A stretch of 64,000 nucleotides of DNA, taken from the NCBI GenBank assembly GCA_964057225.1, contig OZ059896.1, positions 4,278,001 to 4,342,000 of the forward strand, written 5' to 3'. Source of the stretch: Auanema rhodensis. Lineage: Eukaryota > Animalia > Nematoda. The notes beneath the pieces were generated by a model. The model was not told the origin of the DNA and did no database searches. It saw only the letters and a program-made list of their open reading frames with translations. Positions 40,901 to 54,899 of the stretch are shown here, piece by piece (positions within the stretch are counted from its first letter, which is position 1; every line of letters starts with the position of its first letter). The translations under genes were made by a program, and so were the position numbers.

Positions 40901-43900
40901 TTAAAGTTCACGTTAATTTCAAAGTCATGGTTACCATGCACCAATATTAATAAAAATTTGTTTTTAGACTAATATGGACATGGGGAATCTAATTTTGAAA
41001 ACCGCATCTTTTTATCTTTCACGTGAAGCGAGTTACATACCAAGTGCACATCACGTGTACACTAAATTAGCATAAATTAAAGTTCACGTTAATTTCAAAG
41101 TCATGGTTACCATGCACCAATATCAATAAAAATTTGTTTTTAGACTAATTTGGACATGGGGAATCTAATTTTGAAAACCGCATCTCTTTATCTTTCACGT
41201 GAGGCGAGTTACATACCAAGTGCACATCACGTGTACATTTAATTAGCATAAATTAAAGTTCACGTAAATTTCAAAGTCATGGTTACCATGCACCAATATT
41301 AATAAAAATTTGTTTTTAGACTAATATGGACATGGGGAATCTAATTTTGAAAACCGCATCTTTTTATCTTTCACGTGAAGCGAGTTACATACCAAGTGCA
41401 CATCACGTGTACACTAAATTAGCATAAATTAAAGTTCACGTTAATTTCAAAGTCATGGTTACCATGCACCAATATCAATAAAAATTTGTTTTTAGACTAA
41501 TTTGGACATGGGGAATCTAATTTTGAAAACCGCATCTCTTTATCTTTCACGTGAGGCGAGTTACATACCAAGTGCACATCACGTGTACATTTAATTAGCA
41601 TAAATTAAAGTTCACGTTAATTTCAAAGTCATGGTTACCATGAACCAATATCAATAAAAATTTGTTTTTAGACTAATATGGACATGGGGAATCTAATTTT
41701 GAAAACCGCATCTCTTTATCTTTCAAGTGAAGCGAGTTACATACCAAGTGCACATCACGTGTACATTTAATTAGCATAAATTAAAGTTCACGTAAATTTC
41801 AAAGTCATGGTTACCATGCACCAATATTAATAAAAATTTGTTTTTAGACTAATATGGACATGGGGATTCTAATTTTGAAAACCGCATCTCTTTATCTTTC
41901 ACGTGAAGCGAGTTACATACCTAGTGCACATCACGTGTACATTTAATTAGCATAAATTAAAGTTCACGTAAATTTCAAAGTCATGGTTACCATGAACCAA
42001 TATCAATAAAAATCTGTTTTTAGACTAATTTGGACATGGGGAATCTAATTTTGAAAACCGCATCTCTTTATCTTTCAAGTGAAGCGAGTTACATACCAAG
42101 TGCACATCACGTGTACATTTAATTAGCATAAATTAAAGTTCACGTAAATTTCAAATTCATGGTTACCATGAACCAATATCAATAAAAATTTGTTTTTAAA
42201 CTAATATGGACATGGGGAATCTAATTTTGAAAACCGCATCTCTTTATCTTTCACGTGAAGCGAGTTACATACCTAGTGCACATCACGTGTACATTTAATA
42301 AGCATAAATTAAAGTTCACGTAAATTTCAAATTCATGGTTACCATGAACCAATATCAATAAAAATTTGTTTTTAAACTAATATGGACATGGGGATTCTAA
42401 TTTTGAAAACCGCATCTCTTTATCTTTCACGTGAAGCGAGTTACATACCTAGTGCACATCACGTGTACATTTAATTAGCATAAATTAAAGTTCACGTAAA
42501 TTTCAAAGTCATGGTTACCATGAACCAATATCAATAAAAATTTGTTTTTAGACTAATTTGGACATGGGGAATCTAATTTTGAAAACCGCATCTCTTTATC
42601 TTTCAAGTGAAGCGAGTTACATACCAAGTGCACATCACGTGTACATTTAATTAGCATAAATCAAAGTTCACGTAAATTTCAAAGTCATGGTTACCATGAA
42701 CCAATATCAATAAAAATTTGTTTTTAGACTAATATGGACATGGGGAATCTAATTTTGAAAACCGCATCTTTTTATCTTTCACGTGAAGCGAGTTACATAC
42801 CAACTGCACATCACGTGTACACTAAATTAGCATAAATTAAAGTTCACGTTAATTTCAAAGTCATGGTTACCATGCACCAATATCAATAAAAATTTGTTTT
42901 TAGACTAAATTGGACATGGGGAATCTAATTTTGAAAACCGCATCTCTTTATCTTTCACGTGAAGCGAGTTACATATAAAGTGCACATCACGTGTACATTT
43001 AATTAGCATAAATTAAAGTTCACGTAAATTTCAAAGTCATGGTTACCATGAACCAATATCAATGAAAATTTGTTTTTAGACTAATATGGACATGGGGAAT
43101 CTAATTTTGAAAACCGCATCTCTTTATCTTTCACGTGAAGCGAGTTACATATAAAGTGCACATCACGTGTACATTTAATTAGAATAAATTAAAGTTCACG
43201 TAAATTTCAAAGTCATGGTTACCATGCACCAATATCAATGAAAATTTGTTTTTAGACTAATATGGACATGGGGAATCTAATTTTGAAAACCGCATCTCTT
43301 TATCTTTCAAGTGAAGCGAGTTACATACCAAGTGCACATCACGTGTACACTTAATTAGCATAAATTAAAGTTCACGTAAATTTCAAAGTCATGGTTACCA
43401 TGCACCAATATCAATGAAAATTTGTTTTTAGACTAATATGGACATGGGGAATCTAATTTTGAAAACCGCATCTCTTTATCTTTCAAGTGAAGCGAGTTAC
43501 ATACCAAGTGCACATCACGTGTACATTTAATTAGCATAAATTAAAGTTCACGTAAATTTCAAAGTCATGGTTACCATGAACCAATATCAATAAAAATTTG
43601 TTTTTAAACTAATATGGACATGGGGATTCTAATTTTGAAAACCGCATCTCTTTATCTTTCACGTGAAGCGAGTTACATATAAAGTGCACATCACGTGTAC
43701 ATTTAATTAGCATAAATTAAAGTTCACGTAAAATTCAAAGTCATGGTTACCATGAACCAATATCAATAAAAATTTGTTTTTAAACTAATATGGACATGGG
43801 GAATCTAATTTTGAAAACCGCATCTCTTTATCTTTCACGTGAAGCGAGTTACATACCTAGTGCACATCACGTGTACATTTAATTAGCATAAATTAAAGTT

Positions 43901-46900
43901 CACGTAAATTTCAAAGTCATGGTTACCATGAACCAATATCAATAAAAATTTGTTTTTAGACTAATATGGACATGGGGAATCTAATTTTGAAAACCGCATC
44001 TCTTTATCTTTCACGTGAAGCGAGTTACATATAAAGTGCACATCACGTGTACATTTAATTAGCATAAATTAAAGTTCACGTAAATTTCAAAGTCATGGTT
44101 ACCATGCACCAATATTAATAAAAATTGGTTTTTAGACTAATATGGACATGGGGAATCTAATTTTGAAAACTGCATCTCTTTATCTTTCACGTGAAGCGAG
44201 TTACATACCAAGTGCACATCACGTGTACACTTAATTAGCATAAATTAAAGTTCACGTTAATTTCAAAGTCATGGTTACCATGAACCAATATCAATAAAAA
44301 CTTGTTTTTAGACTAATATGGACATGGGGAATCTAATTTTGAAAACCGCATCTCTTTATCTTTCACGTGAAGCGAGTTACATATAAAGTGCACATCACGT
44401 GTACATTTAATTAGCATAAATTAAAGTTCACGTAAATTTCAAAGTCATGGTTACCATGCACCAATATTAATAAAAATTTGTTTTTAGACTAATATGGACA
44501 TGGGGAATCTAATTTTGAAAACCGCATCTTTTTATCTTTCACGTGAAGCGAGTTACATACCAAGTGCACATCACGTGTACACTAAATTAGCATAAATTAA
44601 AGTTCACGTTAATTTCAAAGTCATGGTTACCATGCACCAATATCAATAAAAATTTGTTTTTAGACTAATTTGGACATGGGGAATCTAATTTTGAAAACCG
44701 CATCTCTTTATCTTTCACGTGAGGCGAGTTACATACCAAGTGCACATCACGTGTACATTTAATTAGCATAAATTAAAGTTCACGTAAATTTCAAAGTCAT
44801 GGTTACCATGAACCAATATCAATAAAAATTTGTTTTTAGACTAATATGGACATGGGGAATCTAATTTTGAAAACCGCATCTCTTTATCTTTCAAGTGAAG
44901 CGAGTTACATACCAAGTGCACATCACGTGTACATTTAATTAGCATAAATTAAAGTTCACGTAAATTTCAAATTCATGGTTACCATGAACCAATATCAATA
45001 AAAATTTGTTTTTAAACTAATATGGACATGGGGATTCTAATTTTGAAAACCGCATCTCTTTATCTTTCACGTGAAGCGAGTTACATACCTAGTGCACATC
45101 ACGTGTACATTTAATTAGCATAAATTAAAGTTCACGTAAATTTCAAAGTCATGGTTACCATGAACCAATATCAATAAAAATCTGTTTTTAGACTAATTTG
45201 GACATGGGGAATCTAATTTTGAAAACCGCATCTCTTTATCTTTCACGTGAAGCGAGTTACATACCAAGTGCACATCACGTGTACACTAAATTAGCATAAA
45301 TTAAAGTTCACGTTAATTTCAAAGTCATGGTTAGCATGAACCAATATCAATAAAAATTTGTTTTTAGACTAATATGGACATGGGGAATCTAATTTTGAAA
45401 ACCGCATCTCTTTATCTTTCACGTGAAGCGAGTTACATACCAAGTGCACATCACGTGTACACTAAATTAGCATAAATTAAAGTTCACGTTAATTTCAAAG
45501 TCATGGTTACCATGAACCAATATCAATAAAAATTTGTTTTTAAACTAATATGGACATGGGGAATCTAATTTTGAAAACCGCATCTCTTTATCTTTCACGT
45601 GAAGCGAGTTACATACCTAGTGCACATCACGTGTACATTTAATTAGCATAAATTAAAGTTCACGTAAATTTCAAAGTCATGGTTACCATGAACCAATATC
45701 AATAAAAATTTGTTTTTAGACTAATATGGACATGGGGAATCTAATTTTGAAAACTGCATCTCTTTATCTTTCACGTGAAGCGAGTTACATATAAAGTGCA
45801 CATCACGTGTACATTTAATTAGCATAAATTAAAGTTCACGTAAATTTCAAAGTCATGGTTACCATGCACCAATATTAATAAAAATTGGTTTTTAGACTAA
45901 TATGGACATGGGGAATCTAATTTTGAAAACTGCATCTCTTTATCTTTCACGTGAAGCGAGTTACATACCAAGTGCACATCACGTGTACACTTAATTAGCA
46001 TAAATTAAAGTTCACGTTAATTTCAAAGTCATGGTTACCATGAACCAATATCAATAAAAACTTGTTTTTAGACTAATATGGACATGGGGAATCTAATTTT
46101 GAAAACCGCATCTCTTTATCTTTCACGTGAAGCGAGTTACATATAAAGTGCACATAACGTGTACATTTAATTAGCATAAATTAAAGTTCACGTAAATTTC
46201 AAAGTCATGGTTACCATGCACCAATATTAATAAAAATTTGTTTTTAGACTAATATGGACATGGGGAATCTAATTTTGAAAACCGCATCTTTTTATCTTTC
46301 ACGTGAAGCGAGTTACATACCAAGTGCACATCACGTGTACACTAAATTAGCATAAATTAAAGTTCACGTTAATTTCAAAGTGATGGTTACCATGCACCAA
46401 TATCAATAAAAATTTGTTTTTAGACTAATTTGGACATGGGGAATCTAATTTTGAAAACAGCATCTCTTTATCTTTCACGTGAGGCGAGTTACATACCAAG
46501 TGCACATCACGTGTACATTTAATTAGCATAAATTAAAGTTCACGTAAATTTCAAAGTCATGGTTACCATGAACCAATATCAATAAAAATTTGTTCTTAGA
46601 CTAATATGGACATGGGGAATCTAATTTTGAAAACCGCATCTCTTTATCTTTCAAGTGAAGCGAGTTACATACCAAGTGCACATCACGTGTACATTTAATT
46701 AGCATAAATTAAAGTTCACGTAAATTTCAAATTCATGGTTACCATGAACCAATATCAATAAAAATTTGTTTTTAAACTAATATGGACATGGGGATTCTAA
46801 TTTTGAAAACCGCATCTCTTTATCTTTCACGTGAAGCGAGTTACATACCTAGTGCACATCACGTGTACATTTAATTAGCATAAATTAAAGTTCACGTAAA

Positions 46901-47880
46901 TTTCAAAGTCATGGTTACCATGAACCAATATCAATAAAAATCTGTTTTTAGACTAATTTGGACATGGGGAATCTAATTTTGAAAACCGCATCTCTTTATC
47001 TTTCAAGTGAAGCGAGTTACATACCAAGTGCACATCACGTGTACATTTAATTAGCATAAATTAAAGTTCACGTAAATTTCAAATTCATGGTTACCATGAA
47101 CCAATATCAATAAAAATTTGTTTTTAAACTAATATGGACATGGGGAATCTAATTTTGAAAACCGCATCTCTTTATCTTTCACGTGAAGCGAGTTACATAC
47201 CTAGTGCACATCACGTGTACATTTAATAAGCATAAATTAAAGTTCACGTAAATTTCAAATTCATGGTTACCATGAACCAATATCAATAAAAATTTGTTTT
47301 TAAACTAATATGGACATGGGGATTCTAATTTTGAAAACCGCATCTCTTTATCTTTCACGTGAAGCGAGTTACATACCTAGTGCACATCACGTGTACATTT
47401 AATTAGCATAAATTAAAGTTCACGTAAATTTCAAAGTCATGGTTACCATGAACCAATATCAATAAAAATTTGTTTTTAGACTAATTTGGACATGGGGAAT
47501 CTAATTTTGAAAACCGCATCTCTTTATCTTTCAAGTGAAGCGAGTTACATACCAAGTGCACATCACGTGTACATTTAATTAGCATAAATCAAAGTTCACG
47601 TAAATTTCAAAGTCATGGTTACCATGAACCAATATCAATAAAAATTTGTTTTTAGACTAATATGGACATGGGGAATCTAATTTTGAAAACCGCATCTTTT
47701 TATCTTTCACGTGAAGCGAGTTACATACCAAGTGCACATCACGTGTACACTAAATTAGCATAAATTAAAGTTCACGTTAATTTCAAAGTCATGGTTACCA
47801 TGCACCAATATCAATAAAAATTTGTTTTTAGACTAAATTGGACATGGGGAATCTAATTTTGAAAACCGCATCTCTTTATC
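37580..47880 (+). repeat. Tandem 31/28-monomer duplication with a nested 10-mer
   Basis: TTAGAATA at 37727/43183 and AATTGG at 38671/44127 and 40431/45887 are +5456. TAATAAGC at 42300/47228 and AAATCAAAG at 42662/47590 are +4928. Internal +1760: 38671/40431 and 44127/45887. Confidence 0.88.
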
Positions 47881-48571
47881 TTTCAAGTGAAGCGAGTTAC
47901 ATACCAAGTGCACATCAAGTGTACATTTAATTAGCATAAATTAAAGTTCACGTAAATTTCAAATTCATGGTTACCATGAACCAATATCAATAAAAATTTG
48001 TTTTTAAACTAATATGGACATGGGGAATCTAATTTTGAAAACCGCATCTCTTTATCTTTCACGTGAAGCGAGTTACATACCTAGTGCACATCACGTGTAC
48101 ATTTAATTAGCATAAATTAAAGTTCACGTAAATTTCAAATTCATGGTTACCATGAACCAATATCAATAAAAATTTGTTTTTAAACTAATATGGACATGGG
48201 GATTCTAATTTTGAAAACCGCATCTCTTTATCTTTCACGTGAAGCGAGTTACATACCTAGTGCACATCACGTGTACATTTAATTAGCATAAATTAAAGTT
48301 CACGTAAATTTCAAAGTCATGGTTACCATGAACCAATATCAATAAAAATATGTTTTTAGACTAATTTGGACATGGGGAATCTAATTTTGAAAACCGCATC
48401 TCTTTATCTTTCACGTGAAGCGAGTTACATATAAAGTGCACATCACGTGTACATTTAATTAGCATAAATTAAAGTTCACGTAAATTTCAAAGTCATGGTT
48501 ACCATGCACCAATATTAATAAAAATTTGTTTTTAGACTAATATGGACATGGGGAATCTAATTTTGAAAACC

Positions 48572-50155
48572 GCATCTTTTTATCTTTCACGTGAAGCGAG
48601 TTACATACCAAGTGCACATCACGTGTACACTAAATTAGCATAAATTAAAGTTCACGTTAATTTCAAAGTCATGGTTACCATGCACCAATATCAATAAAAA
48701 TTTGTTGTTAGACTAATTTGGACATGGGGAATCTAATTTTGAAAACCGCATCTCTTTATCTTTCACGTGAGGCGAGTTACATACCAAGTGCACATCACGT
48801 GTACATTTAATTAGCATAAATTAAAGTTCACGTAAATTTCAAAGTCATGGTTACCATGAACCAATATCAATAAAAATTTGTTTTTAGACTAATATGGACA
48901 TGGGGAATCTAATTTTGAAAACCGCATCTCTTTATCTTTCAAGTGAAGCGAGTTACATACCAAGTGCACATCACGTGTACATTTAATTAGCATAAATTAA
49001 AGTTCACGTAAATTTCAAAGTCATGGTTACCATGAACCAATATCAATAAAAATTTGTTGTTAGACTAATATGGACATGGGGAATCTAATTTTGAAAACCG
49101 CATCTTTTTATCTTTCACGTGAAGCGAGTTACATACCAAGTGCACATCACGTGTACACTAAATTAGCATAAATTAAAGTTCACGTTAATTTCAAAGTCAT
49201 GGTTACCATGCACCAATATCAATAAAAATTTGTTGTTAGACTAATTTGGACATGGGGAATCTAATTTTGAAAACCGCATCTCTTTATCTTTCACGTGAGG
49301 CGAGTTACATACCAAGTGCACATCACGTGTACATTTAATTAGCATAAATTAAAGTTCACGTAAATTTCAAAGTCATGGTTACCATGAACCAATATCAATA
49401 AAAATTTGTTTTTAGACTAATATGGACATGGGGAATCTAATTTTGAAAACCGCATCTCTTTATCTTTCAAGTGAAGCGAGTTACATACCAAGTGCACATC
49501 ACGTGTACATTTAATTAGCATAAATTAAAGTTCACGTAAATTTCAAAGTCATGGTTACCATGAACCAATATCAATAAAAATTTGTTGTTAGACTAATATG
49601 GACATGGGGAATCTAATTTTGAAAACCGCATCTTTTTATCTTTCACGTGAAGCGAGTTACATACCAAGTGCACATCACGTGTACACTAAATTAGCATAAA
49701 TTAAAGTTCACGTTAATTTCAAAGTCATGGTTACCATGCACCAATATCAATAAAAATTTGTTTTTAGACTAATTTGGACATGGGGAATCTAATTTTGAAA
49801 ACCGCATCTCTTTATCTTTCACGTGAGGCGAGTTACATACCAAGTGCACATCACGTGTACATTTAATTAGCATAAATTAAAGTTCACGTAAATTTCAAAG
49901 TCATGGTTACCATGAACCAATATCAATAAAAATTTGTTTTTAGACTAATATGGACATGGGGAATCTAATTTTGAAAACCGCATCTCTTTATCTTTCAAGT
50001 GAAGCGAGTTACATACCAAGTGCACATCACGTGTACATTTAATTAGCATAAATTAAAGTTCACGTAAATTTCAAATTCATGGTTACCATGAACCAATATC
50101 AATAAAAATTTGTTTTTAAACTAATATGGACATGGGGATTCTAATTTTGAAAACC
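48572..50155 (+). repeat. Trimer (528 bp) repeated about three times
   Basis: CTTTTTAT/ACTAAAT/GTTAAT monomers at 48572, 49100, 49628. GAGGCG monomers at 48748, 49276, 49804. TCAAGTG monomers at 48924, 49452, 49980. Confidence 0.85.
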
Positions 50156-53100
50156 GCATCTCTTTATCTTTCACGTGAAGCGAGTTACATACCTAGTGCA
50201 CATCACGTGTACATTTAATTAGCATAAATTAAAGTTCACGTAAATTTCAAAGTCATGGTTACCATGAACCAATATCAATAAAAATCTGTTTTTAGACTAA
50301 TTTGGACATGGGGAATCTAATTTTGAAAACCGCATCTCTTTATCTTTCAAGTGAAGCGAGTTACATACCAAGTGCACATCACGTGTACATTTAATTAGCA
50401 TAAATTAAAGTTCACGTAAATTTCAAATTCATGGTTACCATGAACCAATATCAATAAAAATTTGTTTTTAAACTAATATGGACATGGGGAATCTAATTTT
50501 GAAAACCGCATCTCTTTATCTTTCACGTGAAGCGAGTTACATACCTAGTGCACATCACGTGTACATTTAATTAGCATAAATTAAAGTTCACGTAAATTTC
50601 AAATTCATGGTTACCATGAACCAATATCAATAAAAATTTGTTTTTAAACTAATATGGACATGGGGATTCTAATTTTGAAAACCGCATCTCTTTATCTTTC
50701 ACGTGAAGCGAGTTACATACCTAGTGCACATCACGTGTACATTTAATTAGCATAAATTAAAGTTCACGTAAATTTCAAATTCATGGTTACCATGAACCAA
50801 TATCAATAAAAATTTGTTTTTAAACTAATATGGACATGGGGATTCTAATTTTGAAAACCGCATCTCTTTATCTTTCACGTGAAGCGAGTTACATACCTAG
50901 TGCACATCACGTGTACATTTAATTAGCATAAATTAAAGTTCACGTAAATTTCAAAGTCATGGTTACCATGAACCAATATCAATAAAAATTTGTTTTTAGA
51001 CTAATTTGGACATGGGGAATCTAATTTTGAAAACCGCATCTCTTTATCTTTCAAGTGAAGCGAGTTACATACCAAGTGCACATCACGTGTACATTTAATT
51101 AGCATAAATCAAAGTTCACGTAAATTTCAAAGTCATGGTTACCATGAACCAATATCAATAAAAATTTGTTTTTAGACTAATATGGACATGGGGAATCTAA
51201 TTTTGAAAACCGCATCTTTTTATCTTTCACGTGAAGCGAGTTACATACCAAGTGCACATCACGTGTACACTAAATTAGCATAAATTAAAGTTCACGTTAA
51301 TTTCAAAGTCATGGTTACCATGCACCAATATCAATAAAAATTTGTTTTTAGACTAAATTGGACATGGGGAATCTAATTTTGAAAACCGCATCTCTTTATC
51401 TTTCAAGTGAAGCGAGTTACATACCAAGTGCACATCAAGTGTACATTTAATTAGCATAAATTAAAGTTCACGTAAATTTCAAATTCATGGTTACCATGAA
51501 CCAATATCAATAAAAATTTGTTTTTAAACTAATATGGACATGGGGAATCTAATTTTGAAAACCGCATCTCTTTATCTTTCACGTGAAGCGAGTTACATAC
51601 CTAGTGCACATCACGTGTACATTTAATTAGCATAAATTAAAGTTCACGTAAATTTCAAAGTCATGGTTACCATGAACCAATATCAATAAAAATTTGTTTT
51701 TAAACTAATATGGACATGGGGATTCTAATTTTGAAAACCGCATCTCTTTATCTTTCACGTGAAGCGAGTTACATACCTAGTGCACATCACGTGTACATTT
51801 AATTAGCATAAATTAAAGTTCACGTTAATTTCAAAGTCATGGTTACCATGCACCAATATCAATAAAAATTTGTTTTTAGACTAAATTGGACATGGGGAAT
51901 CTAATTTTGAAAACCGCATCTCTTTATCTTTCAAGTGAAGCGAGTTACATACCAAGTGCACATCAAGTGTACATTTAATTAGCATAAATTAAAGTTCACG
52001 TAAATTTCAAATTCATGGTTACCATGAACCAATATCAATAAAAATTTGTTTTTAAACTAATATGGACATGGGGAATCTAATTTTGAAAACCGCATCTCTT
52101 TATCTTTCACGTGAAGCGAGTTACATACCTAGTGCACATCACGTGTACATTTAATTAGCATAAATTAAAGTTCACGTAAATTTCAAATTCATGGTTACCA
52201 TGAACCAATATCAATAAAAATTTGTTTTTAAACTAATATGGACATGGGGATTCTAATTTTGAAAACCGCATCTCTTTATCTTTCACGTGAAGCGAGTTAC
52301 ATACCTAGTGCACATCACGTGTACATTTAATTAGCATAAATTAAAGTTCACGTAAATTTCAAAGTCATGGTTACCATGAACCAATATCAATAAAAATATG
52401 TTTTTAGACTAATTTGGACATGGGGAATCTAATTTTGAAAACCGCATCTCTTTATCTTTCACGTGAAGCGAGTTACATATAAAGTGCACATCACGTGTAC
52501 ATTTAATTAGCATAAATTAAAGTTCACGTAAATTTCAAAGTCATGGTTACCATGCACCAATATTAATAAAAATTTGTTTTTAGACTAATATGGACATGGG
52601 GAATCTAATTTTGAAAACCGCATCTTTTTATCTTTCACGTGAAGCGAGTTACATACCAAGTGCACATCACGTGTACACTAAATTAGCATAAATTAAAGTT
52701 CACGTTAATTTCAAAGTCATGGTTACCATGCACCAATATCAATAAAAATTTGTTGTTAGACTAATTTGGACATGGGGAATCTAATTTTGAAAACCGCATC
52801 TCTTTATCTTTCACGTGAGGCGAGTTACATACCAAGTGCACATCACGTGTACATTTAATTAGCATAAATTAAAGTTCACGTAAATTTCAAAGTCATGGTT
52901 AGCATGAACCAATATCAATAAAAATTTGTTTTTAGACTAATATGGACATGGGGAATCTAATTTTGAGAACCGCATCTCTTTATCTTTCAAGTGAAGCGAG
53001 TTACATACCAAGTGCACATCACGTGTACATTTAATTAGCATAAATTAAAGTTCACGTAAATTTCAAATTCATGGTTACCATGAACCAATATCAATAAAAA

Positions 53101-54899
53101 TTTGTTTTTAAACTAATATGGACATGGGGATTCTAATTTTGAAAACCGCATCTCTTTATCTTTCACGTGAAGCGAGTTACATACCTAGTGCACATCACGT
53201 GTACATTTAATTAGCATAAATTAAAGTTCACGTAAATTTCAAAGTCATGGTTACCATGAACCAATATCAATAAAAATTTGTTTTTAGACTAATTTGGACA
53301 TGGGGAATCTAATTTTGAAAACCGCATCTCTTTATCTTTCAATTGAAGCGAGTTACATACCAAGTGCACATCACGTGTACATTTAATTAGCATAAATTAA
53401 AGTTCACGTAAATTTCAAATTCATGGTTACCATAAACCAATATCAATAAAAATTTGTTTTTAAACTAATATGGACATGGGGAATCTAATTTTGAAAACCG
53501 CATCTCTTTATCTTTCACGTGAAGCGAGTTACATACCTAGTGCACATCACGTGTACATTTAATTAGCATAAATTAAAGTTCACGTAAATTTCAAATTCAT
53601 GGTTACCATGAACCAATATCAATAAAAATTTGTTTTTAAACTAATATGGACATGGGGATTCTAATTTTGAAAACCGCATCTCTTTATCTTTCACGTGAAG
53701 CGAGTTACATACCTAGTGCACATCACGTGTACATTTAATTAGCATAAATTAAAGTTCACGTAAATTTCAAAGTCATGGTTACCATGAACCAATATCAATA
53801 AAAATTTGTTTTTAGACTAATTTGGACATGGGGAATCTAATTTTGAAAACCGCATCTCTTTATCTTTCAAGTGAAGCGAGTTACATACCAAGTGCACATC
53901 ACGTGTACATTTAATTAGCATAAATCAAAGTTCACGTAAATTTCAAAGTCATGGTTACCATGAACCAATATCAATAAAAATTTGTTTTTAGACTAATATG
54001 GACATGGGGAATCTAATTTTGAAAACCGCATCTTTTTATCTTTCACGTGAAGCGAGTTACATACCAAGTGCACATCACGTGTACACTAAATTAGCATAAA
54101 TTAAAGTTCACGTTAATTTCAAAGTCATGGTTACCATGCACCAATATCAATAAAAATTTGTTTTTAGACTAATATGGACATGGGGAATCTAATTTTGAAA
54201 ACCGCATCTCTTTATCTTTCACGTGAAGCGAGTTACATACCTAGTGCACATCACGTGTACATTTAATTAGCATAAATTAAAGTTCACGTAAATTTCAAAG
54301 TCATGGTTACCATGAACCAATATCAATAAAAATTTGTTTTTAGACTAATATGGACATGGGGAATCTAATTTTGAAAACCGCATCTCTTTATCTTTCACGT
54401 GAAGCGAGTTACATACCAAGTGCACATCACGTGTACATTTAATTAGCATAAATTAAAGTTCACGTAAAATTCAAAGTCATGGTTACCATGAACCAATATC
54501 AATAAAAATTTGTTTTTAGACTAATTTGGACATGGGGAATCTAATTTTGAAAACCGCATCTCTTTATCTTTCAAGTGAAGCGAGTTACATACCAAGTGCA
54601 CATCACGTGTACATTTAATTAGCATAAATTAAAGTTCACGTAAATTTCAAAGTCATGGTTACCATGAACCAATATCAATAAAAATTTGTTTTTAGACTAA
54701 TATGGACATGGGGAATCTAATTTTGAAAACCGCATCTCTTTATCTTTCACGTGAAGCGAGTTACATACCTAGTGCACATCACGTGTACATTTAATTAGCA
54801 TAAATTAAAGTTCACGTAAATTTCAAAGTCATGGTTACCATGAACCAATATCAATAAAAATTTGTTTTTAAACTAATATGGACATGGGGAATCTAATTT

